Shown here: positions 19,533 through 30,142 of the stretch, one piece after another
Layout of the letters: every line of letters begins with the position of its first letter
Position numbering within the stretch: position 1 is the stretch's first letter
NCBI GenBank assembly: GCA_964485195.1
Contig: CAZAIK010000001.1
Location: 1 to 64,000 of the forward strand
Length of the DNA stretch: 64,000 nucleotides
Direction: 5' to 3'
Source: an uncultured Methanosarcinales archaeon
GTDB taxonomy: Archaea > Nanobdellota > Nanobdellia > Woesearchaeales > CAIVOO01
Translations under genes and position numbers: made by a program
Notes under the pieces: model-generated
Seen by the model: only the letters and a program-made list of their open reading frames with translations
Databases searched by the model: none
What the model was told of the DNA's origin: nothing

Positions 19533-20387
19533 ATGATTATAAAAGAAACCAGGTGCAAGTCCATCCTGAACAAGTCAAAGCTTTCTGCAGATTACTGTCT
19601 CAATCCCTACACCGGCTGTTCCCATAAATGCGCCTACTGCTATGCGAGGTTCATGAAAAAATACACAAATCACGATGAAGAGTGGGGAGACTTTGTTGAC
19701 ATAAAGATTAACGCGCCGGAAATAATCAGGAAAGACCTGAAGAATAGCCGGGGAAGGTCTGTCTTTATCAGCTCTGTAACCGATGCATACCAGCCTATTG
19801 AGGGAAAATACAGAATCACAAGAAAATTGCTGGAGAATTTGCCAAAGGATTTTTCTGTTTACATCCAGACAAAATCCTCCCTTGTCACGAGGGATATTGA
19901 CATTTTAAAGCGGTTCAAAAACGCGAGCGTTGGCTTCACAATAACATTTTCTGACGACAGAGACAGGAAGAACTTGGAGCCGTTTGCAGACAAAATCCAG
20001 AACAGGCTTGATGCGCTCAAAAAAATCAAAGATTCAGGGATAGGGACAACGGTTTTCATAGGGCCTGTGCTTCCTTTCATCTCTGACAAAAAACTGGAGC
20101 AGTTATTTGAAAAAATAAGTTTTGCTGATGAAATAATGGTTGACAGGCTGAACATAAAGAGCGGAAACTGGTTCTACGTTAACAAAGTGATAAAACAGGA
20201 ATATCCTGAATTGATTGAAAAGTACAACAGCATATTCTTCGGAAAAGATGATTATTATCAAAAATTAAAACAAAGAGTAAAACAAATAAACAAAAAGGCG
20301 AGGTTTTGCTACCGATGCAAAGGACAGGGATGGCAAATCTTCCCCTGCACGGGGGGAGGGCGCCAAGATGGCTTTTCAGCAGGATGA
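19533..20387 (+). CDS. radical SAM protein, SplB-like DNA repair family
   Basis: LNPYTGCSHKCAYCYA, SSVTDAYQP, IQTKS. Confidence 0.92.
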   Translation: MIIKETRCKSILNKSKLSADYCLNPYTGCSHKCAYCYARFMKKYTNHDEEWGDFVDIKINAPEIIRKDLKNSRGRSVFISSVTDAYQPIEGKYRITRKLLENLPKDFSVYIQTKSSLVTRDIDILKRFKNASVGFTITFSDDRDRKNLEPFADKIQNRLDALKKIKDSGIGTTVFIGPVLPFISDKKLEQLFEKISFADEIMVDRLNIKSGNWFYVNKVIKQEYPELIEKYNSIFFGKDDYYQKLKQRVKQINKKARFCYRCKGQGWQIFPCTGGGRQDGFSAG

Positions 20388-21391
20388 CAAAGCTTTCAAG
20401 GCAAATTTCCATCGCCCTTGTTGACGAGTTCGGACAGGAAGAATTCCTGAGTAGGATTTCAGACCCTTACTGGTTCCAGGCGCTGGGGAATGTTATTGGC
20501 TTTGACTGGCACTCAAGCGGGGTTACCACCACTGTGTGCGGGGCGTTAAAGGCAGCGGATATTTCTGAAACAGGAATCAAGGTTTGCGGGGGCAAGGGGA
20601 AAGTTTCAAGGAAAACAATCTCTGAGATTGAAAATTCAGGCATTTCCCAGAACAGGATTGAAAAACTGGCTTATGCCAGCAGGATATCAGCCAAGGTTGA
20701 CTCTTCATTAATACAGGATGATTATGAGCTATACCACCATTGCTTTTTCTTTTCAGAAAAGGGCAAATGGTCAGTTGTCCAGCAGGGAATGAATGACAAA
20801 AACAGCTTTGCAAGAAGATATCACTGGCTTGGCAAGGATGTTGTAAATTTTGTCAACGAGCCGCACAATGCAATATGTTGCGACAATAAATCAGGAGAGG
20901 TTCTTGACCTAACTTCCAAGGAAAGTGAAGAAGCGCAGAAAGTTTCTGTTGACTTAATAAAAGACAATCCTGTTCATTTAAGGAAATATTTTTCAAAGCA
21001 GATGACGCTTCCTGAATTTTCCACATTGACAATGCCAAGGCATCATCCAATTTACAACTCTGACCTGACTGACAAGACACTTATTTCGCTCAGAAAGGCA
21101 TATGAACTGCAGCCAAAAAATTACGAGGAGCTTGTTTCGCTTAAAGGCGTGGGAGCAAAATCAATAAGGGCCCTGGCCCTTGTCTCAGAAGTGATATATG
21201 GAAAGGCACCTTCCTGGAATGACCCTGCAAAATACTCATTTGCCCACGGGGGAAAGGACGGCTTCCCCTATCCTGTTGACAAGGAGAATTTTGACAGGAC
21301 AATACTCACATTAAAGACTGCTGTAAGGAACGCAAAAATGGGGGAAAAGGACAAGATAAATGCAATAAAGAAACTTAAGAGTTTTATATGA
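20315..21391 (+). CDS. DUF763 family protein
   Basis: LPLHGGRAP, DWHSSGVTT, YSFAHGGKDG. Confidence 0.92.
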   Translation: MQRTGMANLPLHGGRAPRWLFSRMTKLSRQISIALVDEFGQEEFLSRISDPYWFQALGNVIGFDWHSSGVTTTVCGALKAADISETGIKVCGGKGKVSRKTISEIENSGISQNRIEKLAYASRISAKVDSSLIQDDYELYHHCFFFSEKGKWSVVQQGMNDKNSFARRYHWLGKDVVNFVNEPHNAICCDNKSGEVLDLTSKESEEAQKVSVDLIKDNPVHLRKYFSKQMTLPEFSTLTMPRHHPIYNSDLTDKTLISLRKAYELQPKNYEELVSLKGVGAKSIRALALVSEVIYGKAPSWNDPAKYSFAHGGKDGFPYPVDKENFDRTILTLKTAVRNAKMGEKDKINAIKKLKSFI

Positions 21392-21515
21392 AAAATGCTT
21401 GAAAGATATATTTCAGCAATTCTGGCAGTCAGGCAGAGGGAGAGGGAACAAATAGTTGGTTAAGGATTGCCAAATCAAGGTTTTTTATAATTTTTTTAAA
21501 ATTCTCACATTTGAT

Positions 21516-22610
21516 TTATTTGCCGAACGTCTTCTTCAGCCTGCTGAAAAAATCCTTTTGCAGAGAAACATCGCTGTGCTTTGCATATTGCTCAAGAATC
21601 TCCTTTTGTTTCTTGTTAAGCTTCCTGGGAACTTCCACCCTCACTTTCACAAACTCGTCTCCGTAAGTGTTTGTCCTGAGCTCGGGCATTCCCTTCCCTT
21701 TCAGCCTGAACAAAGTCTCTGACTGGGTTCCTGGGGGTATTTTAAGCCTGGCCTTTCCGTTAATGGTTGGCACTTCTATCTCGTCGCCGAAAACCGCCTG
21801 CACAAATGTCAGCGGAACCTTGGCCAGAATATCATTTCCCCTTCTCTCAAAGACAGGATGCTTTTTTATGTGAACCGTGACGTACAAGTCGCCGGGAACT
21901 GTGTTTCTTTCGCCAGCCTCTCCCTCGCCGTCAATCCTTATGCTCATCCCGTTGCCAATGCCTTGGGGAATCCTTACTTTTATTTTTCTTTCCTTTATTG
22001 TCCTGCCTTCGCCTCCGCAGGCCCTGCAGGCGTTTTTGGGAATCTCGCCCTCACCCCTGCATTTGTGACAGGTTGTGGTGGTGGAAAAAACACCGAACAA
22101 TGTTCTTTTGGTGGTCTGCATAACTCCCCTTCCGTCGCATACAGGGCATTTTTCAAGGTCTTCCCCTCCCATCCCGTTGCAGGTTTCGCAAACCACATAT
22201 TTCTCAAAAGAAATTGTTTTTTCATCGCCGTGAAATGCACTTTCCAAATCTATTGTGAGCTCATAGTGGAGGTCTGCTCCCTTGTGCCTTCGTCTGCCGG
22301 CACCTCCGAATCCTCCGAAGATGGTGTCAAATATGTCCCCAAAGTCAAATCCGAAATTACCTGCCTGGAAACCTCCTGAGCCGAATCCCTGGAACCCTTC
22401 AGCACTGCCAAAAGTGTCGTACTGCTGCCTGCTCTTTTCATTCCCCAGCACATTATATGCTTCGTTTATCTCCTTGAACCTCTTTTCCGAATCCTTTGAC
22501 TTGTTCAGGTCAGGGTGGTGCTGCTTTGCCAGTTTTTTGTATGCCTTTTTTATCTCTTCCTGGCTTGCATTGCGTGAAACTCCGAGGATTTCATAGTAGT
22601 CCTTTGCCAT
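21516..22610 (-). CDS. dnaJ: chaperone DnaJ
   Basis: HPD J-domain, G/F-rich region, four CxxCxGxG repeats. Confidence 0.98.
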   Translation of the reverse strand: MAKDYYEILGVSRNASQEEIKKAYKKLAKQHHPDLNKSKDSEKRFKEINEAYNVLGNEKSRQQYDTFGSAEGFQGFGSGGFQAGNFGFDFGDIFDTIFGGFGGAGRRRHKGADLHYELTIDLESAFHGDEKTISFEKYVVCETCNGMGGEDLEKCPVCDGRGVMQTTKRTLFGVFSTTTTCHKCRGEGEIPKNACRACGGEGRTIKERKIKVRIPQGIGNGMSIRIDGEGEAGERNTVPGDLYVTVHIKKHPVFERRGNDILAKVPLTFVQAVFGDEIEVPTINGKARLKIPPGTQSETLFRLKGKGMPELRTNTYGDEFVKVRVEVPRKLNKKQKEILEQYAKHSDVSLQKDFFSRLKKTFGK

Positions 22611-22611
22611 A

Positions 22612-24468
22612 TTAACCCTTCTTTTCCTTCTTCTCGTCCTTCTCTTCCTTGAACTCGCCTTCCACTACATCCTCCTTGTCCTCTTTTTTCTGCTCCTGTT
22701 TTTCAGTCTGCGCCTGTTGCTGCTGCGCTTTCTGGTATAATTCTGCAGACATTTCCTGGACAAGCTTGTTGAGCGATTCCATCTTCTGCTTTATGTCAGC
22801 AATGTTCTTCTCGCCCATTGATTTTTTCAGCTCATCAAGCTTTTTCTGCACTTCATCCAGTTTTTTTGCATCTACTTTTCCCTTCAGGTCCTCAAGGACT
22901 TTCTCAGTTGTATACACCAGGGCGTCTGCGTTGTTCAATGTCTCTATCTCATCCATCTTTTTCTTGTCCTCTTCAGCGTGCTGTTCAGCTTCCTCCTTCA
23001 TCTTCTTGACGTCTTCCTCTGAAAGGTTTGTTGAGGCTGTTATGGTTATTGCCTGTTGTTTTCCTGTTCCCAAGTCTTTTGCGCTCACATTAACTATTCC
23101 GTTGGCATCTATGTCAAAGGTAACTTCAATTTGCGGGATGCCTCTCGGGGCTGGGGGTATTCCCACCAGGTCAAACTGGCCTAGCGGATGGTTGTCTGCC
23201 GCCATTGGCCTCTCGCCCTGGAAAACCTTAATCTGCACAGAGGGCTGGTTATCGCTTGCCGTGCTGAAAACCTGGGATTTTTTCGTGGGTATTGTGGTGT
23301 TCTTCTCTATAAGCTTGGTGAAAACTCCCCCCAGAGTTTCTATTCCCAACGACAGGGGCGTAACATCAAGAAGCAGGACATCCTTCACGTCCCCTGCAAG
23401 AACCCCTGCCTGGATTGCCGCTCCCATTGAAACGCATTCCATAGGATCCACTCCCCTTTCTATTGCTTTTCCAACATAGCCCTCAACAAATTTCTGGACT
23501 ATGGGCATCCGGGTAGGGCCTCCCACCATTATGATCTTGTCGACTTCTTCCTTTTTCAGCTTGGCATCTGAGATTGCCCTTTCCATTGATTCTTTTGTCT
23601 TTTCAACTATCGGCTTTACCAGCTCTTCAAGCTTTGCCCTGTTAACCTTCATAACCAGGTGTTTCGGGCCGTTCTGGTCTGCGGTTATGTACGGAAGGTT
23701 AACCTCGGTTTCCAGCGATGTGGAAAGCTCTATCTTGGCTTTCTCCGCAGCTTCGTAAAGCCTCGTCATAGCTGTCTTGTCCTTGGAAATGTCTATGCCT
23801 TCCTGCTTTTTGAATTCCTCAATTATGTGGTTAAGCAGCTTTTCATCCATATCCCTCCCGCCAAGGTTTGTGTCTCCTGATGTTGATTTTACTTCAAAAA
23901 CACCGTCGCCGAATTCCATTATGGTAACATCGAGTGTTCCTCCTCCGAAGTCAAAGACCATTATCTTATGGTCCTTGTCTGACTTGTCCAGCCCGTATGC
24001 AAGGGAGGCTGCTGTTGGCTCATTGATAATCCTCATAACCTCGAGGCCTGCTATCGCTCCTGCGTCCTTTGTCGCCTGTCTTTGCGAGTCATTGAAGTAA
24101 GCTGGCACAGTTATTACAGCTTTTTCCACTTTCTCACCCAGGAATGCTTCAGCATCCTTCTTGATTTTCTGGAGTATGAATGCGGATATTTGCTGGGGAG
24201 TGTATTCCTTTCCGTGAACCTTATATCTGTGTTCTGTGCCCATCTTTCTCTTGGCTCCTGAGATGGTCCCTTCAGGATTGCTCACTGACTGCCTTCTTGC
24301 AGGCTCTCCCACCAGCCTGCTGCCGTCGTTGGTGAAAGCAACCACGCTGGGCACCGTCTTTCCTGCAACAGTGGCTCCTTCAGCGCTTGGGATTATGACA
24401 GGCCTCCCTGCCTCTAGCACTGCTGCAGCTGAGTTTGATGTTCCCAAATCTATTCCTATTATCTTCAT
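22612..24468 (-). CDS. dnaK: chaperone DnaK
   Basis: [33 protein letters not shown]. Confidence 0.99.
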   Translation of the reverse strand: MKIIGIDLGTSNSAAAVLEAGRPVIIPSAEGATVAGKTVPSVVAFTNDGSRLVGEPARRQSVSNPEGTISGAKRKMGTEHRYKVHGKEYTPQQISAFILQKIKKDAEAFLGEKVEKAVITVPAYFNDSQRQATKDAGAIAGLEVMRIINEPTAASLAYGLDKSDKDHKIMVFDFGGGTLDVTIMEFGDGVFEVKSTSGDTNLGGRDMDEKLLNHIIEEFKKQEGIDISKDKTAMTRLYEAAEKAKIELSTSLETEVNLPYITADQNGPKHLVMKVNRAKLEELVKPIVEKTKESMERAISDAKLKKEEVDKIIMVGGPTRMPIVQKFVEGYVGKAIERGVDPMECVSMGAAIQAGVLAGDVKDVLLLDVTPLSLGIETLGGVFTKLIEKNTTIPTKKSQVFSTASDNQPSVQIKVFQGERPMAADNHPLGQFDLVGIPPAPRGIPQIEVTFDIDANGIVNVSAKDLGTGKQQAITITASTNLSEEDVKKMKEEAEQHAEEDKKKMDEIETLNNADALVYTTEKVLEDLKGKVDAKKLDEVQKKLDELKKSMGEKNIADIKQKMESLNKLVQEMSAELYQKAQQQQAQTEKQEQKKEDKEDVVEGEFKEEKDEKKEKKG

Positions 24469-24489
24469 TTTTATCACCTTTTAACTTGT

Positions 24490-24852
24490 TCAGCCAAAGT
24501 ATTCCGGCGCGCTCTTTTTGGCGCCGGCTGTTTTCTTCTCGGCTTTCTTCTTCTTTTTCTCTGCTGTTTTTGCAGGTTTTGGCTTCTCTATCCTGCCAAA
24601 ATCCTTTTCATACCTTGTAATGATGTCCTGCATCATCTTTGCCATTTCCTTAATAGCATAAGGCTCGATTATTACAACATTATGCTTCAATGAGAATGTT
24701 GCCCCGTTTTGGTTTCGCGGGTCCACTCTCGGGGAGATGCATTTGAAGTCCACAAAAAAGTGGCTGGGGTTGAAGTTGATTGAAACCTCATTTGCAAAAA
24801 ATGTGTCTCCGTCGCTTATGTTAAGATTAACATTTGATTTTTCTTCAGCCAT
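24490..24852 (-). CDS. conserved hypothetical protein (DUF3467-like)
   Basis: FFANEVSINFNPSHFFVDF...YEKDFGRI; GGAG SD. Confidence 0.7.
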   Translation of the reverse strand: MAEEKSNVNLNISDGDTFFANEVSINFNPSHFFVDFKCISPRVDPRNQNGATFSLKHNVVIIEPYAIKEMAKMMQDIITRYEKDFGRIEKPKPAKTAEKKKKKAEKKTAGAKKSAPEYFG

Positions 24853-24870
24853 TTTACTCCTCCTTGGTTT

Positions 24871-25470
24871 TTATAAGTCTAATTTACCGCCAGCTTCATA
24901 AGTTTCTTTTTGATTTTCTTTTGAATCATCTTTCTCAAAACTTGGTGGTTGTGCCCCTGCAACAGAAGATTTTGCTTGTTTTTCATTAATATTTTTATTC
25001 ATTTTATCTTCCCCCCTTTTTCCAATTTTCACCTTTGCAGTCCTGATTACGTTTCCGTTAAGGGTGTAGCCTTTCTGCATTTCCTCCAGGACTATATTGT
25101 CTTTTTCCGACTCCTCCTGAAGGAGTATCTCCTGGGTGTAAGGGTCAAATTCCTTTCCTTCGCAGTTTATTTTCCGAAGGCCCTCCTCCTCAAGCGCTGA
25201 TATGAGCTGGGCGTAAATCAACTCTGCGCCCTTTTCATCTGTTTTTTCCGCTTTCAAAAGCTGTTCAAAGCTGTCCAGCACTGGAAGCAGTTTTTTTATT
25301 ATCCTTTCTGAAGAGCACTTGACCAGTTCTGAATTTTCCCTTGCAACTCTTTTCTTATAGTTCTCGAATTCTGCCTGCAGCCTTTGCAGGGTGTCTGTCA
25401 ATTCTCCTATTTTCTTCTGCTCTCCTGTCTTTTCTTGCTTGTTATCCTCTTCTTCTTTTTTTGTCATCAT
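24871..25470 (-). CDS. grpE: nucleotide exchange factor GrpE
   Basis: LQAEFENYKKR, LLPVLDSFE, FDPY, QKGY...VIRTAKV. Confidence 0.97.
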   Translation of the reverse strand: MMTKKEEEDNKQEKTGEQKKIGELTDTLQRLQAEFENYKKRVARENSELVKCSSERIIKKLLPVLDSFEQLLKAEKTDEKGAELIYAQLISALEEEGLRKINCEGKEFDPYTQEILLQEESEKDNIVLEEMQKGYTLNGNVIRTAKVKIGKRGEDKMNKNINEKQAKSSVAGAQPPSFEKDDSKENQKETYEAGGKLDL

Positions 25471-25498
25471 ACATCACCTTGAACAAAAAATAAAAAAA

Positions 25499-25927
25499 TT
25501 ATTTGATTTGCACTTTCCTTGAGCCTTTCAGCTTCTCCTGTTTTTTTGGAATCTCAATACGCAGAATCCCATTCTTGTAAGTCGCTTCTGCCTTCTCTGA
25601 AATCACTGGCGTTGGCAGGGGCATTCTCCTGTAAAAATTGTAAGCGCTTGCTTTGTAGCTGTAGCCCTCTTTTGTTTTTTTCTCAGCCTCCTGTTTTCCT
25701 TTAACTTTAACTTCTACAGAGTCTTCAGTCACGTTAAGGTCTATGTCTTTCTTGTCAACGCCCGGAAGCTCAAAAGTTACCAGAATGTTTTGCTCTGTTT
25801 CCTTTACATCAGCAATGGGTGTTCTTGCACCTGTTTTTGCCGGAAGGTTGAGATTCCCTGTTCTCTTGAAAAGGCTGTTGAGCTCTTCCTGAATCCTCTC
25901 AAATTCCTCAAAAGGGTCCCAGTACAA
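25499..25927 (-). CDS. small heat shock protein (Hsp20)
   Basis: ELPGVDKKDI, ATYKNGILRI; TTG start with GGAGGTG SD. Confidence 0.95.
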   Translation of the reverse strand: MYWDPFEEFERIQEELNSLFKRTGNLNLPAKTGARTPIADVKETEQNILVTFELPGVDKKDIDLNVTEDSVEVKVKGKQEAEKKTKEGYSYKASAYNFYRRMPLPTPVISEKAEATYKNGILRIEIPKKQEKLKGSRKVQIK

Positions 25928-25939
25928 CTTGCCACCTCC

Positions 25940-25978
25940 GTTGATTTTAAATCAACATAGTTTGTTTAAGTTAAACTA
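25940..25978. promoter_or_regulatory. two inverted repeats in the hsp20/regulator divergent promoter (candidate operators)
   Basis: GTTGATTT-T-AAATCAAC (25940-25956) and TAGTTT-N9-AAACTA (25958-25978). Confidence 0.5.
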
Positions 25979-26046
25979 AGTTATATTTAAATGTTTTGCT
26001 TTAAAACAAAGATTTATAAACCCAAATTGGTTAATCTAGGATAAAA

Positions 26047-26451
26047 ATGCTTATCAGGCAGAGAAAAATAACAATTGTAAAGCTTTCAAAACCCCAGCAC
26101 AGCATAAATGAGGAACTGCAGTGGTTCGGCAATTCACTTGACCTCTTTAATATAAGAGACAAGGACAGGTCCTGCTTCAGGATTTTCATTGAACTGCTGA
26201 AGACAACAAAGAAAGGGGAGCCCATAAGCTCTGACGAGCTGGCAAGAAAGCTGAACCTTTCAAGAGGCACTGTGGTGCATCATCTCAATAAATTAATAGA
26301 GTCAGGCATAGTTATGATAGTAAAGAACAAGTACATTCTCAGGGGAAACAATCTTCTGGAACTTGTTGAAGAAATAGAGGCAGATACAAAAAGGACCCTG
26401 CACGAACTCAAGAGGGTTGCCAGGGATATCGACGAGGGGATGGGCCAATAA
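26047..26451 (+). CDS. winged-HTH (ArsR-like) transcriptional regulator
   Basis: SSDELARKLNLSRGTVVHHLNKLIESG. Confidence 0.88.
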   Translation: MLIRQRKITIVKLSKPQHSINEELQWFGNSLDLFNIRDKDRSCFRIFIELLKTTKKGEPISSDELARKLNLSRGTVVHHLNKLIESGIVMIVKNKYILRGNNLLELVEEIEADTKRTLHELKRVARDIDEGMGQ

Positions 26452-26823
26452 CTAATTTTGGTAATTTATTTCAGTATTACACGATTTTTTACAAGCTTCT
26501 GTATAATTCTCTTTTTTGACTGGAGTTTTGACATCCTGAGCTACATCCTTCATATAGCTTGCCAGTAAAGAAGCAGTGATAAATGTTGCTCCTCCAGACA
26601 GAAATGGTTCAGACTGGCATAATTCTGAAGCAGCATATAAAGACAAAAGAGCTGTTCCTAACTTGAGATGTTTTGGGTTGTTAATCAAGAGATTGAGGAA
26701 AGTCCTCAAGCCAGATTCAGCTTCAATTGGTTTCGCTTTGGTATATTCATCAGCGATGATTGCCATTTTTTCCAGGTCCAGCCGGGTTGTTTCATTCATA
26801 AGAAAAAAAGGATAAAAAACCAT
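26452..26823 (-). CDS. hypothetical protein, possibly membrane
   Basis: ORF with two moderately hydrophobic stretches; start uncertain. Confidence 0.5.
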   Translation of the reverse strand: MVFYPFFLMNETTRLDLEKMAIIADEYTKAKPIEAESGLRTFLNLLINNPKHLKLGTALLSLYAASELCQSEPFLSGGATFITASLLASYMKDVAQDVKTPVKKENYTEACKKSCNTEINYQN

Positions 26824-26919
26824 ATTCTTAAGCCTTCAGATAACTTTATAAACCACCTCTTTACCCTTTTTTACAGGATGGGACGGTGTAAAGCTTTCCT
26901 ATGCCAGGAGGAAGTGTAA

Positions 26920-27375
26920 ATGGCACGTATGCATTCTGGAGCAAAGGGAAAATCAGGCAGTTTGAAGCCTGAAGACAAGACCAAGCCTACCTGGATAAGG
27001 TACAGCGAGAAGGAGATTGAAATGCTCATCTTAAAGCTCGCAAAGGAAGGTTTGAGAGGCTCCCGGATAGGAGCTTATCTGAGGGACAGCTACGGAATAC
27101 CTGATGTAAAGGCAATAATAGGAAAGTCTGTCAGCGCAGTTCTCAAGGAAAAAGGCCTTGAAGGTAAGGTACCTGAAGACTTGAGAAACCTCTTGGAAAG
27201 GATAGTCGCACTTCAAAAGCATCTTGCGGTCAACAAGCAGGACAAGACTGCAAAGCGGGGATTGCAGCTGACTGAATCCAAGGTAAGAAGGCTGATGAAA
27301 TATTACAAGAAAAACAGGGTTTTGCCTGCTGACTGGAAATATGACCCTGCCAACATAAGGCTGTACCTTGAATGA
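26920..27375 (+). CDS. rps15: 30S ribosomal protein uS15 (archaeal S15/S13e)
   Basis: MARMHS..KGKSGS, LRDSYGIP, GLQLTESKVRRL. Confidence 0.98.
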   Translation: MARMHSGAKGKSGSLKPEDKTKPTWIRYSEKEIEMLILKLAKEGLRGSRIGAYLRDSYGIPDVKAIIGKSVSAVLKEKGLEGKVPEDLRNLLERIVALQKHLAVNKQDKTAKRGLQLTESKVRRLMKYYKKNRVLPADWKYDPANIRLYLE

Positions 27376-27377
27376 AC

Positions 27378-27842
27378 TTATTTTTTATTTTCCAGTATTC
27401 TTGTTATGAATCCTGATTTCCTTTTTTTATACTCCTCTCTTTCCATCCCATTGCATTCTTCCTTCAGTTTTTCAAATGCTTCCTTAAGCTGGGGGTTGTT
27501 CCTAAGAATGCTTACCAATCTCCTTGCAATTTCAATTTTCTTTGAGCCTGCCTGGACTATGTGAAACTCCGCTTCAACCCCAACCCTGTAATCCCTCAAG
27601 TAGGCAGTTTTGCCCTCGACAGGCCCTTTGTCAAAGCCGTGTTGCGATAGTTTTTCCTGAACCTCCTTGAAATTATCAGCAACAATCATTATGTCAATCT
27701 CCTCCTTTCCCTTCATAGGAACAGCTGCGCTTCCTATCAGTTCTGGTTTTAATTCAGGAATTATTTTCCTTATTGCTTTTTTGTATTTATCAAAGATATT
27801 GAGAAAATCAGGATCAAAATCCACTATCTTTATTTTTTCCAT
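27378..27842 (-). CDS. GrpB-family nucleotidyltransferase-fold protein
   Basis: IGSAAVP..GKEEIDI, EYKKRKSGFI. Confidence 0.8.
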   Translation of the reverse strand: MEKIKIVDFDPDFLNIFDKYKKAIRKIIPELKPELIGSAAVPMKGKEEIDIMIVADNFKEVQEKLSQHGFDKGPVEGKTAYLRDYRVGVEAEFHIVQAGSKKIEIARRLVSILRNNPQLKEAFEKLKEECNGMEREEYKKRKSGFITRILENKK

Positions 27843-28109
27843 TTAAGAAATATTCTTTATTGCCTCTATGTGCTCAGCCAGTTCATTTCCTGTTTTGGTC
27901 AAGGTCAATAATTTCAGCCTTCCCTGTTTTTCAAATGATATCAGCTTGGCTTTTTCCATCTGCTGAAGGATTTTTACAACGTGAGAATATGTGCAGTCAA
28001 CTGCCTTGGCAAGGGAAGAAGCATATATGCCTTCCTTGGCATTCTTGAGTTTTATCATCATCATTGCGGGCTTTTCCCTGAAAAATACGCCGAATGTTTT
28101 TTTGTCCAT
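27843..28109 (-). CDS. small winged-HTH (MarR-like) protein
   Basis: ASSLAKAVDCTYSHVVKIL...KQGR...LTKTG. Confidence 0.85.
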   Translation of the reverse strand: MDKKTFGVFFREKPAMMMIKLKNAKEGIYASSLAKAVDCTYSHVVKILQQMEKAKLISFEKQGRLKLLTLTKTGNELAEHIEAIKNIS

Positions 28110-28250
28110 TAAACAACCACCCTTGAAAATATATTTTGTAAAACAATTACAATATACGTTATTTTTAAATATTTATATACTGGAGTATATATTTCTTTCG
28201 ACGGGCTTTTGACAGAAAAGTTTTTAATAGGGCCGGCAAAATCAAGGTAG

Positions 28251-30074
28251 ATGGAACTATTCCCCCACGAGAGCATAAGGCCTGAACAGGAGAAGCTTCT
28301 GGAAGCGGTAAAAGCAGCAATCAGGGAGAAAAAGAACCTCATTGTGCACGCCCCCACAGGAATGGGGAAGACTGCAGCCACTCTGACCCCTGCAGTCCAG
28401 CACGCCATTGAAAATGATCTCACCGTGATTTACCTCACTTCAAGGCACACCCAGCACAGGATTGTCATCGACACTCTCAAGGAGATGAAGATAAAGCACA
28501 AAGCGAGCGTAACAGTTGCGGACATTATCGGGAAAAAATTCATGTGCTCTGTTCCGGGAATCCAGCTTCTTCACAGCAATGAGTTTTCAGAGTATTGCAG
28601 GACAGCAAGGGAAAAAGGGACCTGCGAGTTTTATGAAAGGACAAGAAAGGAAACAGGGCTTAGTGTGGATGCCAAGGCCGTGCTTACAGATATAATAATG
28701 AAAAATCCCCTGCAGGTTGAAGAGATAATCCAGCAGTGCGCTGGCAGGGAATTATGCCCTTACTATCTTTCCCTGGCTCTTGCTTACAGGTCAAATATAA
28801 TTATAGCTGACTATAATTTCATATTCAATCCCAGCATAAGGGCCAAGATACTGAGCCAGATACAAAAAAAGATTGAGGACTGCATAATAATTGTGGACGA
28901 GGCTCACAACCTGCCCGACAGGATAAGGAACAACCTTTCCAATGTCTTGACCGACAAGGTGTTGGGGCTTGCAGTGCAGGAGGCAAAAAAATATGGTTTT
29001 GAGGAACTGGTCCCGTCGTTAACATCTGTCAAGGAAGTGCTTGACAACCTTGCAAGGGAAGCAGAAGCGCCAGAGGAATTGGTAAGAAAAGAGGAGTTTG
29101 GAAACAAAATTGAATTGATAGATGAATATGGCAAGCTTGTGGAAAGATTTGAAAATGCAGCGGCTGAAATAAGAAATGACAAGAAACGCTCATTCATAGG
29201 AAGCGTTGCTTCGTTCCTGAACATATGGAGAGGGGAAGACGAAGGGTTTGCAAGGATTTTGACCGTGAATGATAAGAACAACAAATTGAGCTACAAATGC
29301 CTCGACCCGTCCATTGTTTCCCTGCCTGTTGTTAAGGATTCCTATTCAATGATATTTATGAGCGGGACTATGAGACCCACTGAAATGTACAAGGAGGTTC
29401 TGGGGATTGACAACTGCGATGAAGCAGAATACAAAAACCCGTTTCCCCGGCAGAACAAGCTGAGCATGATAGTTCCCTTAACCACCACAAAATTCACAGC
29501 TAGGAACGATATGCAGTTCAGAAACATTTCATCCCTGTGCTCAAGAATAATTGAGAACATTCCGGGCAACTGCGCAATATTCTTTCCCAGCTATGACATC
29601 AAGGAAAAGGTTTCCAATTACCTTTCCACTGCCACAGGCAAGACTGTTTTTCCCGAAGTGCAGAGAATGAGCAAGCAGGAAAAAGCAGAATTCCTGGAGA
29701 AATTCAAAAGGTATGACAACGCTGTCCTGCTTGCTGTTGCCTCAGGCTCTTTCGGGGAGGGCATTGACCTTCCGGGAGTTTTGAAATGCGTGATAATAGT
29801 TGGGCTTCCGCTAAAACAGCCTGACCTTGAGACCAAGAAAACAATGGAATACTACCAGGAGATGTTCGGCAAGGGATGGGATTACGGCTATATTTTCCCT
29901 GCAATCAACAGGGCATTGCAGGCAGCAGGGAGGTGCATAAGAAGCGAGAAGGACAAGGGCATAATTGTCTTCCTTGACGAAAGATACAACTGGCCAAATT
30001 ACAGGAGATGCTTCCCTGACCATTATGTTGTTACAAGGAACTTTGAGGATAAGGTAAAAGGCTTCTGGAAATAG
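28251..30074 (+). CDS. xpd: XPD/Rad3-like FeS DNA helicase
   Basis: APTGMGKT, four FeS Cys, DEAHN, SGT, EGIDLP, QAAGRCIR. Confidence 0.95.
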   Translation: MELFPHESIRPEQEKLLEAVKAAIREKKNLIVHAPTGMGKTAATLTPAVQHAIENDLTVIYLTSRHTQHRIVIDTLKEMKIKHKASVTVADIIGKKFMCSVPGIQLLHSNEFSEYCRTAREKGTCEFYERTRKETGLSVDAKAVLTDIIMKNPLQVEEIIQQCAGRELCPYYLSLALAYRSNIIIADYNFIFNPSIRAKILSQIQKKIEDCIIIVDEAHNLPDRIRNNLSNVLTDKVLGLAVQEAKKYGFEELVPSLTSVKEVLDNLAREAEAPEELVRKEEFGNKIELIDEYGKLVERFENAAAEIRNDKKRSFIGSVASFLNIWRGEDEGFARILTVNDKNNKLSYKCLDPSIVSLPVVKDSYSMIFMSGTMRPTEMYKEVLGIDNCDEAEYKNPFPRQNKLSMIVPLTTTKFTARNDMQFRNISSLCSRIIENIPGNCAIFFPSYDIKEKVSNYLSTATGKTVFPEVQRMSKQEKAEFLEKFKRYDNAVLLAVASGSFGEGIDLPGVLKCVIIVGLPLKQPDLETKKTMEYYQEMFGKGWDYGYIFPAINRALQAAGRCIRSEKDKGIIVFLDERYNWPNYRRCFPDHYVVTRNFEDKVKGFWK

Positions 30075-30142
30075 CTGTTAAATAAAGTATCCCAGTATAC
30101 AAAATAGTAACATTTATATACTGAATTCCCTATTTTACATTT

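Noticed and set aside
21395..21463. 22-aa ORF through the third TCTGGCA motif
   Set aside because: The other copies give an 8-aa ORF or have no start codon, so a coding explanation is not consistent
22649..23479. 276-aa ORF antisense to dnaK, and similar shadow ORFs on alaS, smc, lig and the ParB gene
   Set aside because: Ser/Phe-rich antisense frames caused by codon bias
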